The notes below the pieces were generated by a model. It was given only the letters and a program-made list of their open reading frames with translations. It did not search any database and was not told the origin of the DNA. A stretch of 64,000 nucleotides of DNA. It comes from Amoebophrya sp. A120. Taxonomy: Eukaryota > Protista > Dinoflagellata. The DNA is taken from positions 12,635,136 through 12,699,135 of the forward strand of contig CAJINV010000001.1 in assembly GCA_905178155.1 (NCBI GenBank). The letters run 5' to 3'. Positions within the stretch are counted from its first letter, which is position 1. Each line of letters opens with the position of its first letter. The position numbers were made by a program, and so were the translations under genes. This document shows, piece by piece, positions 1-12,379 of this stretch.

Positions 1-10
1 GCAGAACGAT

Positions 11-3000
11 ATGCAGCCCAAGGTGGACGAAAGTATAAACAAAAATCCGAAGCAAGCGCATAATCAGCAGCACACCAGTCCTGCCCGAACGCAAGGCTTT
101 TTGAACACGGCGAAGCAGTTGGAAATCAGAGAAAAGACGCCCTACAGTAAAGGTGGAAAGAACAATGCCAAGGCTGCGAGGCGCATGGGGGAGCAGAGGG
201 TAGGCAGCGGAACGGGAAGCGAATCCATCGTCCGGACTGGATCGTTCGCGACGGCCGTCGATGCCGAATCCGACATGGAACACGAGAGCGCCGAGGAACA
301 CGCGAGCCCGGAACTGGGCAGGAAGGAAAAAAATAACAGTACTAAAATCGTCCCGCCGCAGAAGAAACCCAATAAGAAGCAACCTGCAGTTCTTGGCGAT
401 AGTGGCATTAACAGTAGCAGTGAGGACAGAGACTACTCCTCGAGTAGCAGTCCAGGTAGCGAGAGCTGCAACAGCAAGTCTTACAACAACAGTAGTTCTT
501 CCTACAGTACTAGCGGGAAGAATCGATACAACAATTATGACAATTGTAGCAGCGACGTCTTCAGCAAATCGCACCGGAAGATGACCCGCGCGGAGCAGGC
601 AGCAGAGGCGATGAAGGAGCACCAGGTGGTCACTTGCGCGGACGCCAGTCCGGAGCACGAGGTTTCATCCCGAAGTTTGGTGCCGCCCTGGCAAAAAGAG
701 GAGGGTGAGCCGCTGTGGGAACTGCGGGAGGTATAATTAGCTGCGGAGGTTTCGACGCTTATTCGACTGCTTCTACTTTTCGTGGCCAAGTTCCTTTGGT
801 CGTGGTCCTTATTCGCATCAGGTTACTTTCGCTTTCAGTAATATGTCCGCTTTTGTCTCTACTAAAGAAACTGTCTATGACTTGTCTCAGGTGGTGATCA
901 CGGCTTCGGCTGGGAATAAGCTAGCTTGGATCGCGCGGCCCAAGATCAAAGAGAAAAAGAAGAACCCCGTGAAAATAATCTTGGCAGACCACAGCGTTTT
1001 CAAGGTAATATAAGGCACTTCCGATATTACCAGGATGAGGTGAAACTGAATGAACGACCTACGACCACGGATGTTGAAGAGATTCATATATCAACATGAC
1101 TATGCCTTTGTTTTGGAAAACAAGCTAGAACAAGAAGATCCGGTGAGAAAAAAAATCACTCCTAGGTGCAAGTCGCGGAGCTGATCCAGGGCCGGTGCGC
1201 GCACATGGTCTTGTACCCGAATCCGAAGGAGAAAACCTGGGACGAGAAGGAAGATCGCAAGAAGGCGAGACGCAACGAGAGGTGGAACTCCCGAACCCGT
1301 GGCTCGGGTTCGGATGAACAAGGCACCAGTAATTCGGAACAGGAAAACAAAGCAGCGGAAGAACTTCCCATTGTGGGAGAAGAGCAAGAGGACTACACTG
1401 GAAAAATTCAGTCGCCCATTACTGTGACTGCGGTAAACAAGGAGTCGCAGCAGGTACAATCGCCCGGGGAAGCAGCAGCTGCTGGTGCTGCAGCGAGCTC
1501 TAGTACGCCGGACAAGAAGCTGAAAAAGGATGAAAACTGTGAAGATGATTCCTACACGTACTCGTCTAAAATGTTGGGCGCCCCCACCAGCACGCCGTTG
1601 AAAGAGGAGCCGCCGGTGGCGCTGTTCTACATCGAGGGCCGGTCGGATAACATCCAGAAAGCGCTCGAGGGTTTAGCGCGCTATCGCCAGTGCCACATCG
1701 AGTGCGTTGAGATCACAGAACACGTGTTTCAGCAGATTCGTTGGTCGCGAAGTACTGACATTTAGTACAACCGTTTGAGGCCGTTTCTAGAATAAAGAAA
1801 AATTTAGAATCTGCTAGAATCACATATGGATTGTTCTGTGCGTGGTTGTGTTTCATCGCGGACTTGTAAAATTCTGCCGTGAATCATTCTGCTGTTCGAC
1901 GAAAGAAACAAGTTTATTGTTTAAAATATCACCTCAATCAGTGTCGAACCCGCCGGGGTTTCTGGCCCAAGTGGTTTCGGAGAGCGGTATCGCCCAGGCG
2001 CTTTTGCTGACGCAGGAAGGCACGCGGGCGAGGCGAATCCAGCTGAAGGGCACGCGCGACGAGTTGGACCGAGCGCACAAGTTTATCAAAAAGTCCCTGC
2101 CGGAATTCACTGGCCCCTCGGAACATGCGAGTTCCGGAACGAGCGCCGCGCCTGCCTGGGTGGCGGCTGCACCGCCGGCACCACAAACCGGTTCGTACCG
2201 TGGCTGGAATAATGGGGGACACCACCACAACCAAATGCACTACAACACCGGATCTGCTGGAGCGAATAAGGCAGGGCAACTTGTGCAGTATCACCAAGGT
2301 GCAGCTCCGTGGTCTTCTAGTTCGAGTGGGACCAGCACGACGACCAAGCAACCTACGGCTCGGTCGTCCTCGCTCTCGAAAGTAGACGACGCTGGTGCGA
2401 ACAAGCTTCTCTCTTCCGCTGCCAGTGTTCCCAACAACAAACCCTTCAGTTTCCCAGCGCCCCCACCCGCGGTTCCCACCGCGGCGCCGAGTAGTTGGGG
2501 CAACAGCGAGCGCGAACACTACTGGCTTTCCTTGACGCATACATGGAGCGGGCACACGGCGCGGCTCTCGCTCTACAAGAATCGCTCGTCGCCGCATCGT
2601 ATCAACTGTAAAAATGTCTGGGTCTGGAAGAACCTAAACTTGTGATGCTGTCTCTGGATTCGAAAAAGATTTGTATTGCATGACCAGTAAGAGGAGTAGT
2701 TTTGTGCTCCGCGGAGATGGCATTTGTCATGCGGAATAGGCATGAGGAAGCGCTCCAAAAATCTGTGATGCTACGGCATGCATCACAGACATCATGGGTC
2801 ATGGAAAATATGCATGACAAATCTAGAAATCTTCCAGACCCAGACATTTTTACATTTGATACATCGGCTCTCCGCAGCAGCCGCGAGAGCAGCCATGAAC
2901 GGAGGAACAGCTTCGGGCTCGTTCTACGAACAACCTGGTAGTAGTGCCTTGTACGACAGGCACAACGTTGCAGGTGCCCACGAAAACCAATACTATGACT

Positions 3001-6000
3001 TGCGGAGCAGCGCGCCGACTACAAAGGACTACCCGGCTAGTAAGCAACAAGCGGACCCCCTCCCGTCGAAGCGGAACAGCTCGCTACCGGTCCCGCCTCC
3101 GCCGCCGCTGCGGCGCCAGCTGCGGGACCAGAGCTTTTCGTCGTTCGCCGATGTGGAGGAGTACGATCCGCGGCAGTCATCCTACGCAGACTTCGCGAAG
3201 AAACACTCGTCGTGCAGCTACTCCTCCTTCGCGTCGGCCGACTCCGGCCCGGCTTCGGCGGGCTACCACGAGTTCGTGGAAGGTGTCTCCTGGCACCCTA
3301 CCAGGGGTGCGAGTCAGCAGAGTGGAACTTCTGCGGAGCAGGAAGCGGCGGAGGCGGCGTGGAAAAGTACGCTGGGTGGAGGAGCAGTTGGACCTTCCTC
3401 AGGCACTTCAGGGAACAATCCAAATTCAGGCAGTACAAATGAGAATGCACTGTGGAACAATTACTGGGCCCCCCCGGGGGAGCTCCATCGGCACTTCGAA
3501 GAGATACCGGAGGAGGACGAAAACGATCAGACCCCCGCAATTCTGTATGAAAACACCGCAGAAAACACGCCGCAGAACATCCACGAGATCGCTGCCTTCA
3601 ATCTTCAAAAGGCCACTACGGGACACTTGTTCCCCGGGGTTTTTGCAGCGGCCCCACCCCCGCCACCCATCGCGGACGGCGTCGAACTGCCACCGTTTGA
3701 CCAGCTTACTCCAGAGGAACAAGACGGGATCATTCGGGAAATCTCGGGCATGCAGGGGGTCATTCCCGGAACGTCGGAGATGTTCGACACGCGACTGTTC
3801 CGCATGCTGGCAGATGTTGGAAGTGGTCGCAATAAATCATCTTCCGGAAGATTAGAGCGGCAAACCTCGTCCCAGAAAAATGCGAAGAAAGAGCAGCAGG
3901 ACACGCTGCAACTGCTGGTCTCCGAGACGGGCGAGGCGATGTCGGGCACCGGAGCCATGATTCCGGCGCCGCCGCCAGATTCCGTGATTCCCGCCGACCA
4001 CCAGCTGCATCAGCCCGAACTTCCTTTGAACGCACTGGCGGTGACCGACAACGAGTCCAACTCGCTGCAGATGGCGTCCCGCACGGGTTCCCGAAATGCA
4101 CACTTTCATATTCCAGGAGACGGGACCGGTACGGGCACGCACCGGAGCTTCCACACCGGCGGCGACTCGTTCTACCAGAGCCCCGAGCACGCGGCGCTGC
4201 TGTTTGACCAGACGCCGACTTATCAACTGGACGGAGCCGGGGCGCAGCTGCTGGGTGCTGGAGGACCTGCGGGAACAGCAAGCAGTGCGAACTTGTCGCT
4301 GGATCTCTCCAGTCTGGCGGCGCTCGCTTCGACCAGCTACGGCCAGAGTCTGAACAGTTTAAACCTGGGTTTCCCGGGCGCCGGCGGCGCGATACCCGGG
4401 ATGACACAGCTCCTGCCGCATCCTCTGGCCGGGGCGGTGCAGCCGGTCGGTCTTGGGCCTTCGTCCTCCGCGTTCGTGACTCCGGCCAGCACGATGCTGC
4501 AGCACGGCATATCAAGTGTAAAAATGTCTGGATCTGGAAACTTGTGATGCTGTGTGGCATATCATGAGGAGGCCACAATTGCTGGCTCAGCATGACAAGT
4601 TTCTGAGCTTCTAGGTGTTGCCTATTCTGCATGACAAACTACGTTTCTGCATGACAGAAAAGTCGGGCTCTTTGGTAATGTGCATGACAGATTTAAGAGT
4701 CATGCCAGACAAGCGTGACAAACTTGCATTCTTCCAGACCCAGACATTTTTACATTTGATACGGCATGATGTTCAACAACTGGGCCGCCGCACCGGGTGG
4801 CGTTCCGCCCACTGTACAGCCCGTCGGCACCGCGCCAGGAACGGAGCAGCAGCCCTTTGTGCCCTTTTTCCAGTCGTCGCACTCGCTCCAGCGATACAGC
4901 AACGCGCAGTTTTCATGGCTGGAAGAGCTGCTCGCCCGGTACCCGTCCCGCGCCATGTTGTTCCTCCGCGGGGCCGAGCCCTCGGGGGACTGTCTTAACG
5001 CAATCGTCTACCTGTTGCTCGCGCTGCCGCCCTTCGTCAAGCTCGTCACTGGTCTCTGGGCTGCGCAGAGCTACGCAAAACTGTCGGGGGGCGCGGAGAC
5101 AAGTTTGACTCTTTTTTGATCAGTCGGACGCGTTGCGGTGTGATCGTTGTGATTGATATCTAGTATCTGCACTAGGAAGTACAAGTAGTAGTGCCAGCGC
5201 TACAGTGCAAGGATTGTTCGAGGAGCTCCGTTTTCTACAAGAGCGAAAACCTTTGCAGATACTTCTGCGAGCGCGATCACGGCCCTAGTCAAGGCTTTCG
5301 AGTATTTTACAGACACCAATCCGCCCGCGTGCATGGACCTGAAAAGCGTATTCGCGGACGTGCTTGCGCTGTGGAAAGCCGGGCAGAATGAACCGACAGA
5401 GGAGCAAGGTACAACTGAGTACTTGTTAATTTTGGGGCGCTTATTGCTTTCTGCTTCCTAGGCTTGGGCTTCCTCACTTTTATTTGCTGAAGATGAGAAG
5501 TCTCGTCCTCGTTATATGTCGTAATTGGAACAAATTAACAGACCTCGGCGAGGATGGCCAAAAGTCTTCCCAATCCTCTGCGCGCACCATCGTCGGGCCA
5601 GAGGAGCGTGGCTTGCTTGCGAAGAAGAGCGACAACGGCGAGGAAAACGCAGAGGAGGAAGCAATGGCGGACACACCGTCCAGCGCAACGAATATGCGAT
5701 TTCTGAGCTTTCTCTTGGACCGGTTACATCAGGAATGCGGCAGCTGCGCACACCAGGGTCTCGCTGGTGCGCCGCAGCACCAGGCACCCTCGAGCTTTTT
5801 GGAGCAAGACCTGCAAGCGACGGAGCACGCCATTCACAGCCTTTTCGGGGTTGTGTGCCCCTCCGGTCGGTCCTTTCTCGGGTTGAACATCTTTGTCCCC
5901 ACCATGAACCACGTCACGAACCGCAGTTTTGCAGTTCCCTTCGAACGCTTGCTGCGCCTCGAGATGGGCATGGGTGAGGAAGAGGAAGTACTCCAGGCGC

Positions 6001-9000
6001 CGGCCATGTATGGGAGTGTCAGGATTGAAATAATTGTCAAAGTTGAATATAGTTTGTCATGCATAAAATGCGACACAGAGACTGACTCTATTGCAGAGGA
6101 CGCAAGGGAGGCTGATTCTAGTGCTGGTAAGGGTCAAGAATTGGGTTGCTGACTAGCATGACAGGGAGGAGTCATCTTGCCCTAAATAGCATGACAGACT
6201 TGCTTCAGAGGCCAGGAAAATTTGTCATGCGCCGATTGGAAAGTGTGGGTCCAACTGGTATGGATTTTATGCATTGCAAATTATTTCAACTTTGTTAATT
6301 TCAATCCTGACAGTTCCATACCATGCTTGTGGCCAGTATCCACCGAGAAAATCAAGGAGATCGTAATTTTAGTTTTGCACTTTATTGTGGCGTTTATTTC
6401 CACTTGCACATGAGCAGCAGCCAGCAGGGAGCGTCGTAAAAACAATCATCAAAATTATCCCGATTTAGTTTTATCAGTCTACTACTATCAGGTGTTGCTT
6501 ACGGTACGTACGTACAACTGCCGGAGCAGCTGGGGAGCGCCGTGCGGTACGATTTGTGCGCTGTGTTGGTCGCGGAAGAGGAAGTTGACCAGGTGCCCGC
6601 ACAGCAGGAAAGTATTACCTCCGGTTCGAAGGGCCAGCGGAGCGAGGACTCGGCGTACGACCAGGTTTCCGACAACTCCTCGCAGAAAGCGAACAGTCAC
6701 AAGCGCGCGAAAATCGAGCCTGGCAACTCTCTTGTGATCAACCGGCCGTCCCCGAAGCAGGCGGAAGCCGGCGACGCGCCCACGCGGTCGACGATGGCGG
6801 CGCACTCGTGCAAGAGCAAGATTTATCAAATGCAAAAATGTCTGGGTCTGGAAGAGTCATGCTGTTTTTGCATGACACAGAAGGTCTGGCATGGAACGTC
6901 TAGCATCACAGGTTTCGAGAAGCTTCCGCAATGCCGAATCCGCATGACAAATCCCCCACTTTGGTCACAGAAAGTGGGTAGCTTTTGCTACCTATGCATG
7001 AGAGATTTTTCAGTGTTCTGAAATGCGCATCACGAGTTTGTATTCTTCCAGACCCAGACATATTTGCAATTTATAAGATTTCCGTATCGACCACGACGGG
7101 GAGCCAGAAGACCGGCGGTCGCTGTGAGTTCCACATCAGCCCGGGGAGCTCCATCGGCCGCGAGCGCACGGGAAGCGGAGGGAACGTCAGTACCGGCAGC
7201 AGCAACCAGGGTGTATCAAACGCAAAAATGTCTGGGTCTGGAAGAATGCAACTTGTAACGTGTATTTCAGAACACAGAAAAGTCTCTTATGCCTACGTAG
7301 CAAAAGCTGCCCACTTTCTGTCAGCAAAATAGGGGACTTGTCATGCGGATTCGGCATTGCGGAAGCTTCTCGAAACCTGTGATGCTAGAGCTTCCATGCC
7401 AGACCTTCTGCGTCATGCAAAAACAGCACGACTCTTCCAGACCCAGACGTTTTTACATTTGATAGGGTGTCGCGCGGTACTACCACAGCCAAGCGGGGAC
7501 GACGAACAACGCACCTACAGGGGAGCACGACCAGACCACTTCTTCCAACAATCAGACCTCGAACTCAAACTCCACGTCCGCCGGAACTTCATTTGACGGG
7601 TTGAGTCGCGCTGCACACCCGCTCTCGATGTCCGTAGACACAGCGTTCCCGCGCGGCACTTCTAGTCGTGTAAACGACAGCACGAGTGTCGTTGTGGTGC
7701 GGCAAAACCAACACGGGAACAACCACGGGTCTAATGCAAGCAGCGACTCGGGCGGAGAGACTGTTGATGGTCGGAGGGATCATAATACTTCCTCGTCCAC
7801 CAGCAGTGTTGCGGCAAGCCTGGACGGCACGGGGTCCGAGGGGACGGCCGTTTCCGCGCCCGCGGTGTTGGACGAGACGCACATGAAGGCTGGATTGATG
7901 GATGCGGACCAGGAGTTGGTGAACTACTTGACGCTGCAGAATTATGGGAGTGTCAGGATCGAAATCGACAAAGTCGAAAAATTTGCCATGCGTAAAATGT
8001 AGGGCACTGAAGGCCTGTAATGGGGAGCAGGCAAATGAGACCGATTGTAAGCCTGTGTAGGGGTATGCAATGTGCTGCCAGCGTAGCATGACAGGAGCAG
8101 TCCTCTTTGCCCAAACAGCATCACAAACTGGATTTTGGTGCTCCCGAAATTTGTCATGCGCCACTTGAAAGCTGGGGCTTCAACTGGTATCGATTTTGTG
8201 CATCACAAATGTTTCGCGTATACTCAAGCCATTGTTACCTCCCTAAAATGAAAAATAAGCCAACAAATAGATGACAGGCGGCCGCGCGTATGGACACCCG
8301 AGCTCCCGCTCTCCCTCCGGTCCAGACGCGATCCGAACTACGCTCGGCGGGACACCAATTGCGTTCACTACCAAGATGTGGATGCCTCTCGGAGAGCTGG
8401 AGAAGCGGGCAAGGGGTTGTCCTGATCGTTGTCATGTGATCTGTCATGCCTGCTGCTCCTTTGCATGCCCCGCCGCAGTCTTCCTCTGCGCTTGGCGAAA
8501 GGGCGAGTCTGTTTCTAATACTGGTTCACTAAGCCGAGGCTTTTCCGGCTCTTTGTTGAGGCGAAGTTTTCGCCTCCGAACGTGGCCTATAGTCACTCCC
8601 TGACTGCGACAGCCGGAATTAGTGGAAAGCGGCTCCGAGTGGCAATTCGATAAGAGGCGCGTAAACAGAAGACGCTCCTCTCCAAATCCGAACTTCCGAT
8701 AAGGACCAGCGACTGCACGGCTCGCCTTGGTCCCTTGCTACGGCCGCGATTCTATGGATACGAGCATAAGGGAAAGCGGAGAGGGGAAACAGTGCCAATC
8801 CCTGCACACAGCTCGCCTTGCTCCCATGACATTGCGGCTGTTTCTCAGCTCCTGACTACGCCGCTGCGCGACTACTTAATCGACATGTGGTATCTTGGTA
8901 AGAAATAGGTAAGTTATTATCTCATAGTGTTGCTTCTGCGTGAGTCTCTACCAAAAAATATTAATGACCTCGATTTAGCTCTGGAATAAACTCTTCAAAT

Positions 9001-11851
9001 AAAATATAAATCAAAGTTCTCGCGTCCCCCCCAGTCCCAATTCACAGAAAGGGCCTCAAGTTTTCAAATCCCACAAATATGTCTTGTAGTCACACTGCGT
9101 GGAAGCTCTAAAACGCCCTTGCTGTAGATCTTCGAGATCTTCATACGGCTTGGGTCTGTCAGCTTCCATATATTAAAAAAAAAAATTTCATAGTATAGCA
9201 GGTCGCTGGGGGTCTGTGTGATTCAGTCACGGACTTCCTGTCTGCTTCTATTACAGTTGTGAGCGCAAAGTATGGTTGAAAAATATATAAGTGCCCGGGG
9301 ATGAAGAAATACTCGCGATGTTTTCGCGGTTCTGACCCTATGCCGTTCCAGCACCTGCGGAGGCTTGCCTCCAAAGCTACGCTGGACAATGGCAATGTCG
9401 GTGCGGTTGTTTTAGCATCACAAATGTTTCGATTTTGTCAATTTCGATTCTGACACTTCCATAAGAATCTGTTCAAGGTCGCTTCGGACAGCAACCTCGC
9501 CGAGGGGTACGGCCCGGCGCGGTCGGGGCTGTTTCCCTTCCCCGAAGACGACAACCCGGGCGATGGTATGCACTGCCAAATGCGGTCTTTGTCGGCGGAC
9601 CAAGCGAACAGTACCGGAGCGCATATTGCGAGCAGCTTTGAAACCACCCCTGAGCCGGAGGTGCGGTCGGAAACCAGCGAGGAGCACTTCGCGGCATTCA
9701 CGACGGCAGACTGCTCGCAGAACGTGCAGATGGGAAAGTCCCCGGAGCTGAATTACAGTTCAGCTGCTAAAGGTGCACGGCGGGGGCCAGGGGGCTCTCC
9801 CGGCTGGGTCGCGCAGTGCGAAAAGAACAAGCGTGAAGAAGAATTCCTTGTTGACGGCAACAACGGCAAGCGACCTGCCTCCGCGGCGGACAACATTACG
9901 ACGTCCAACACAGCCGGCCGCGGAGGTTTCGTGCTGAAGATGTCGAGCGGCTTCTCGTCGATCCGGGACCGCAAGGGAACTGTCGACACGGAGTTTTCGG
10001 CTGGGGACATGACCCCCAGTTCCGCTTTCCCAATCCCTCCCGCGTTCAGCTTCCGCAGCGTGTCCAGCCAGAGCGCCGAGGCGGCGTCCGGCAGCCGCGA
10101 CCCGTTCCCGGACGTCAGCGGTGCTTACCTGTTCCGCTCGGTCACCGACGGGGCGATGCCCGACGAGAACTCCGCCGTCGCTTTCTGGACCGCCCCCTCG
10201 GTCGAGGAACAAATAACCGCCCGTACCGGCTCGGCCGGCGCGGCTTTCATGACGCACGCGGTCGCGGCCCGGAGTCGCAAGGCCGCCGCGTCCAGCGCGA
10301 ATGCAAACACGGGGAGCGGCTGGAACAACTCTAGTACCATCGAGGGGGGTATGGATTGCAAATATCCCTGGATGTCTGGAAGAATACGAACTTGTGATGC
10401 GCATTTTAGAACACAGAACAATCTCTCATGCACGGGCAGCAAAAGCTGCCCACTTGCTGTCACCAAAATGGGGGACTTCTCATGCGGGTTCGGCATTGCG
10501 GAAGCTTCTCGAAACCTGTGATGCTAGAGTTTCCATGCCAGCCCTTCTGTGTCATGCAAAAACAGCATGAACCTTCCAGACCCAGACACTTTTGCATTTG
10601 ATAGGGGGTCCTCAGGATTCAGCTCCCTCTACCGGGATGAGCAGCGCGCACGGGCTATCAAATGCAAAAATGTCTGGATCTGGAAGATTACCAGTTTTGT
10701 TATGCATATTTTGAATGACCCATGATGTGTGTGATGCATGCCCTAGCGTCACAGATCTTTAGAGGACTTTGTGATGCCTCTGCCGCATGAGAAATGCCTT
10801 CTCCGCGTAGCACAAACTGGAGTCCTCTTGCTAGTTCTGCAATACCAATTTTTTCAGATTCCTGAGACAGCATTGCAAATTTAGAATCTTCCAGACCCAG
10901 ACATATTTGCATTTGATACGGACCGTCCAGCGGCCAATCGGCGTCGATGTCTTCCAGTGGCCAGTCCAGCAGTATTACAGTGAAAAGTGCCCCCCACCCC
11001 CAAAGTTGCAAAAATTTGTGATGCGAAGTTTCCAAATAAAACCTTTTTGTCATGCATGAAAGGAATATCATGAATCTTTCTGATGCAGATTCTAGTGTTG
11101 TTTCGCATCGCTTGCATGACAAGCACCGCTCTTGCTGGGATCTTTTGCAATACAAATTTTTGCTATTCACGATCGGAAATCTGTGATGCTGATACATGCA
11201 AGAGGGCGAATGTTTCATTTGGAAAGGTTTGCAATACAGATGCTTTCAAGTTCGGGGGTGGGGGCATTTTTCATTGTAATAAGCAGCAGCTCCTGTTCGC
11301 AGACCGGAGGTGGCAGTAAAACTACTATCAAAGCCGGAATAAATGACCAGGACCACGAAGATCAGGGTCGAGGCGGCCTGACGAGGAAAACGATTGGCAA
11401 CAACGCCTCGAGCACCTCGACCTTTTCCACAACCGCAGGCTCTCAGTTGACCTCGCGTACGCCAACCGGCGGGTCGTCACAGACGCTGCCGTCAAGCTGC
11501 ACAGGATCATCCGCGGCGACACAGCGGATGAGCACAGGGAATCTTCAAAACGGCAGTTCGGTAACTACCTCAGGCTCCAACAACTCGCTCGCGGCCCACG
11601 TTATTCAGGAAAACAACAAGCAATCGGCTCATCAAGCCACATTTCACACATCGTCTTCGGAGTCCAGTCTATTTCCGGTGCATGAAGAGATGCTGCCGGA
11701 CAGTAGTTCCTACGCAGTGTACGTGAGCCACGGAGGCTTGTGGTTTTACTGCAAGGATCACGTCGTCCGACCAACTACAATCGCCGAAGTCTTGCGTCGG
11801 CGCGACGCTGTGCAGGCCTTAGCGTACTTTTTTTGCCGTTTGCTTCGTTGA
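11..11851 (+). CDS. Giant multi-exon protein: low-complexity N-terminus, KH-like segments and a split, probably inactive ubiquitin-specific protease (C19/USP-like) domain; may start upstream of the window
   Basis: ORFs join through GT-AG introns (731-890, 1005-1165, ~1740-1941, 6363-6491, and two less certain ones near 5100-5540) and 9 introners. USP-like boxes occur in order: GDCLNAIVYLLLALPPF, FLSFLLDRLHQEC, APAMLVASIHR, YDLCAVLV, SSYAVYVSHGGLWFYCKDHVV..AYFFCR. KH-like segments: FYIEGRSDNIQKALEGL and SESGIAQ..RIQLKGTRDELDRAHKFI. Confidence 0.6.
2600..2861. mobile_element. Introner E1, TIR family A (TATCAAATGYAAAAATGTCTGGGTCTGGAAG)
   Basis: ~31-bp TIRs; TSD CATCG at 2595-2599 and 2862-2866; removal gives SSPH-R-LSAAAA, joining ORFs 1842 and 2778. 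Confidence 0.95.
4510..4761. mobile_element. Introner E2, family A (near-identical to E15)
   Basis: TIRs; TSD CGGCA; removal gives LQHG-MMFNNW. Confidence 0.95.
6009..6320. mobile_element. Introner E3, TIR family B (TATGGGAGTGTCAGGATTGAAA)
   Basis: TIRs; TSD CCATG; removal gives QAPAM-LVASIHR. Confidence 0.92.
6824..7075. mobile_element. Introner E4, family A (reverse orientation of E5/E7/E20 subtype)
   Basis: TIRs; TSD AGATT; removal gives KSKI-SVSTTT. Confidence 0.95.
7214..7464. mobile_element. Introner E5, family A
   Basis: TIRs; TSD GGGTG; removal gives SNQG-V-ARYYHS, in frame with ORF 7601. Confidence 0.95.
7943..9463. mobile_element. Introner E6, family B, enlarged by a nested 1.2-kb insertion
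   Basis: ~49-bp TIRs; TSD AGAAT at 7938-7942 and 9464-9468; removal gives LTLQN-LFKVASD, in frame with ORF 9568; body resembles E3. Confidence 0.92.
8217..9414. mobile_element. Nested insertion of unknown class inside E6
   Basis: Flanked by a perfect 17-bp direct repeat GCATCACAAATGTTTCG (8200-8216, 9415-9431); removal leaves a 306-bp element similar to the 312-bp E3. Confidence 0.8.
10350..10603. mobile_element. Introner E7, family A with degenerate left TIR
   Basis: TSD GGGGG; body similar to E5/E20; removal gives TIEG-G-PQDSAP. Confidence 0.9.
10656..10918. mobile_element. Introner E8, family A (reverse orientation of E1 subtype)
   Basis: TIRs; imperfect TSD CGGGC/CGGAC; removal gives SAHG-P-SSGQS. 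Confidence 0.92.
10973..11281. mobile_element. Introner E9, TIR family C (TATTACAGTGAAAAGTGCCCCC)
   Basis: TIRs; TSD AGCAG; removal joins QSS-S-SSCSQTGG, in frame with ORF 11132. Confidence 0.9.
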
Positions 11852-12379
11852 AAATAAATGGTTTGACCCGTCTGACGCTAGGTCGGGTCTAGATTATCTG
11901 ACGCCTGCTGGGAAGTCAGTGAATTCGTCCAGCTTCCTGAAATTTCATCAAAATGACAACAAGGTATGTGCACTCTACCTGCGGATTGTAGACGCTGCCG
12001 CTCCTTCATCATCCCGTTCTCGGCACTGGAACAGAGAAGTTGCGGTCCTCGAGGGCGAAAAGACGCAGGCTCGACGCAGGTCCGAACTTCGAAGCTCTTT
12101 TTCATTTCTGGAAATTTTGCTTAATCCTCTTATTATCTGTTTGCACTCGGATAAATGAAATAAGAAATCTTCAGGTTTATGTTGACAACTTTCTCAAACT
12201 CAAACAGAATTGATATTGAATTAACTCCAGCGAAAAATCATTTGATATGCACATTTTGCTTTTAGCTGTTACTCTTGTACCTTGCTGTACTGTTCTTCTG
12301 TAATGGGCTTCTACACGACGACCCATGTTCGAAATTTCGAAAGCTAGATGTATCCGACCTCGTTAGGCGTAACGAGGTA

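Noticed and set aside
7943-9463. E6 or E13 as the autonomous transposase-encoding parent
   Set aside because: Extra length comes from nested inserts with their own duplications; no long ORF or DDE motif is visible.
2600-11281. Clustered ~30-bp repeats resembling a CRISPR array
   Set aside because: The repeats are inverted pairs about 250 bp apart with TSDs, irregularly spaced in a eukaryotic gene; no cas genes.
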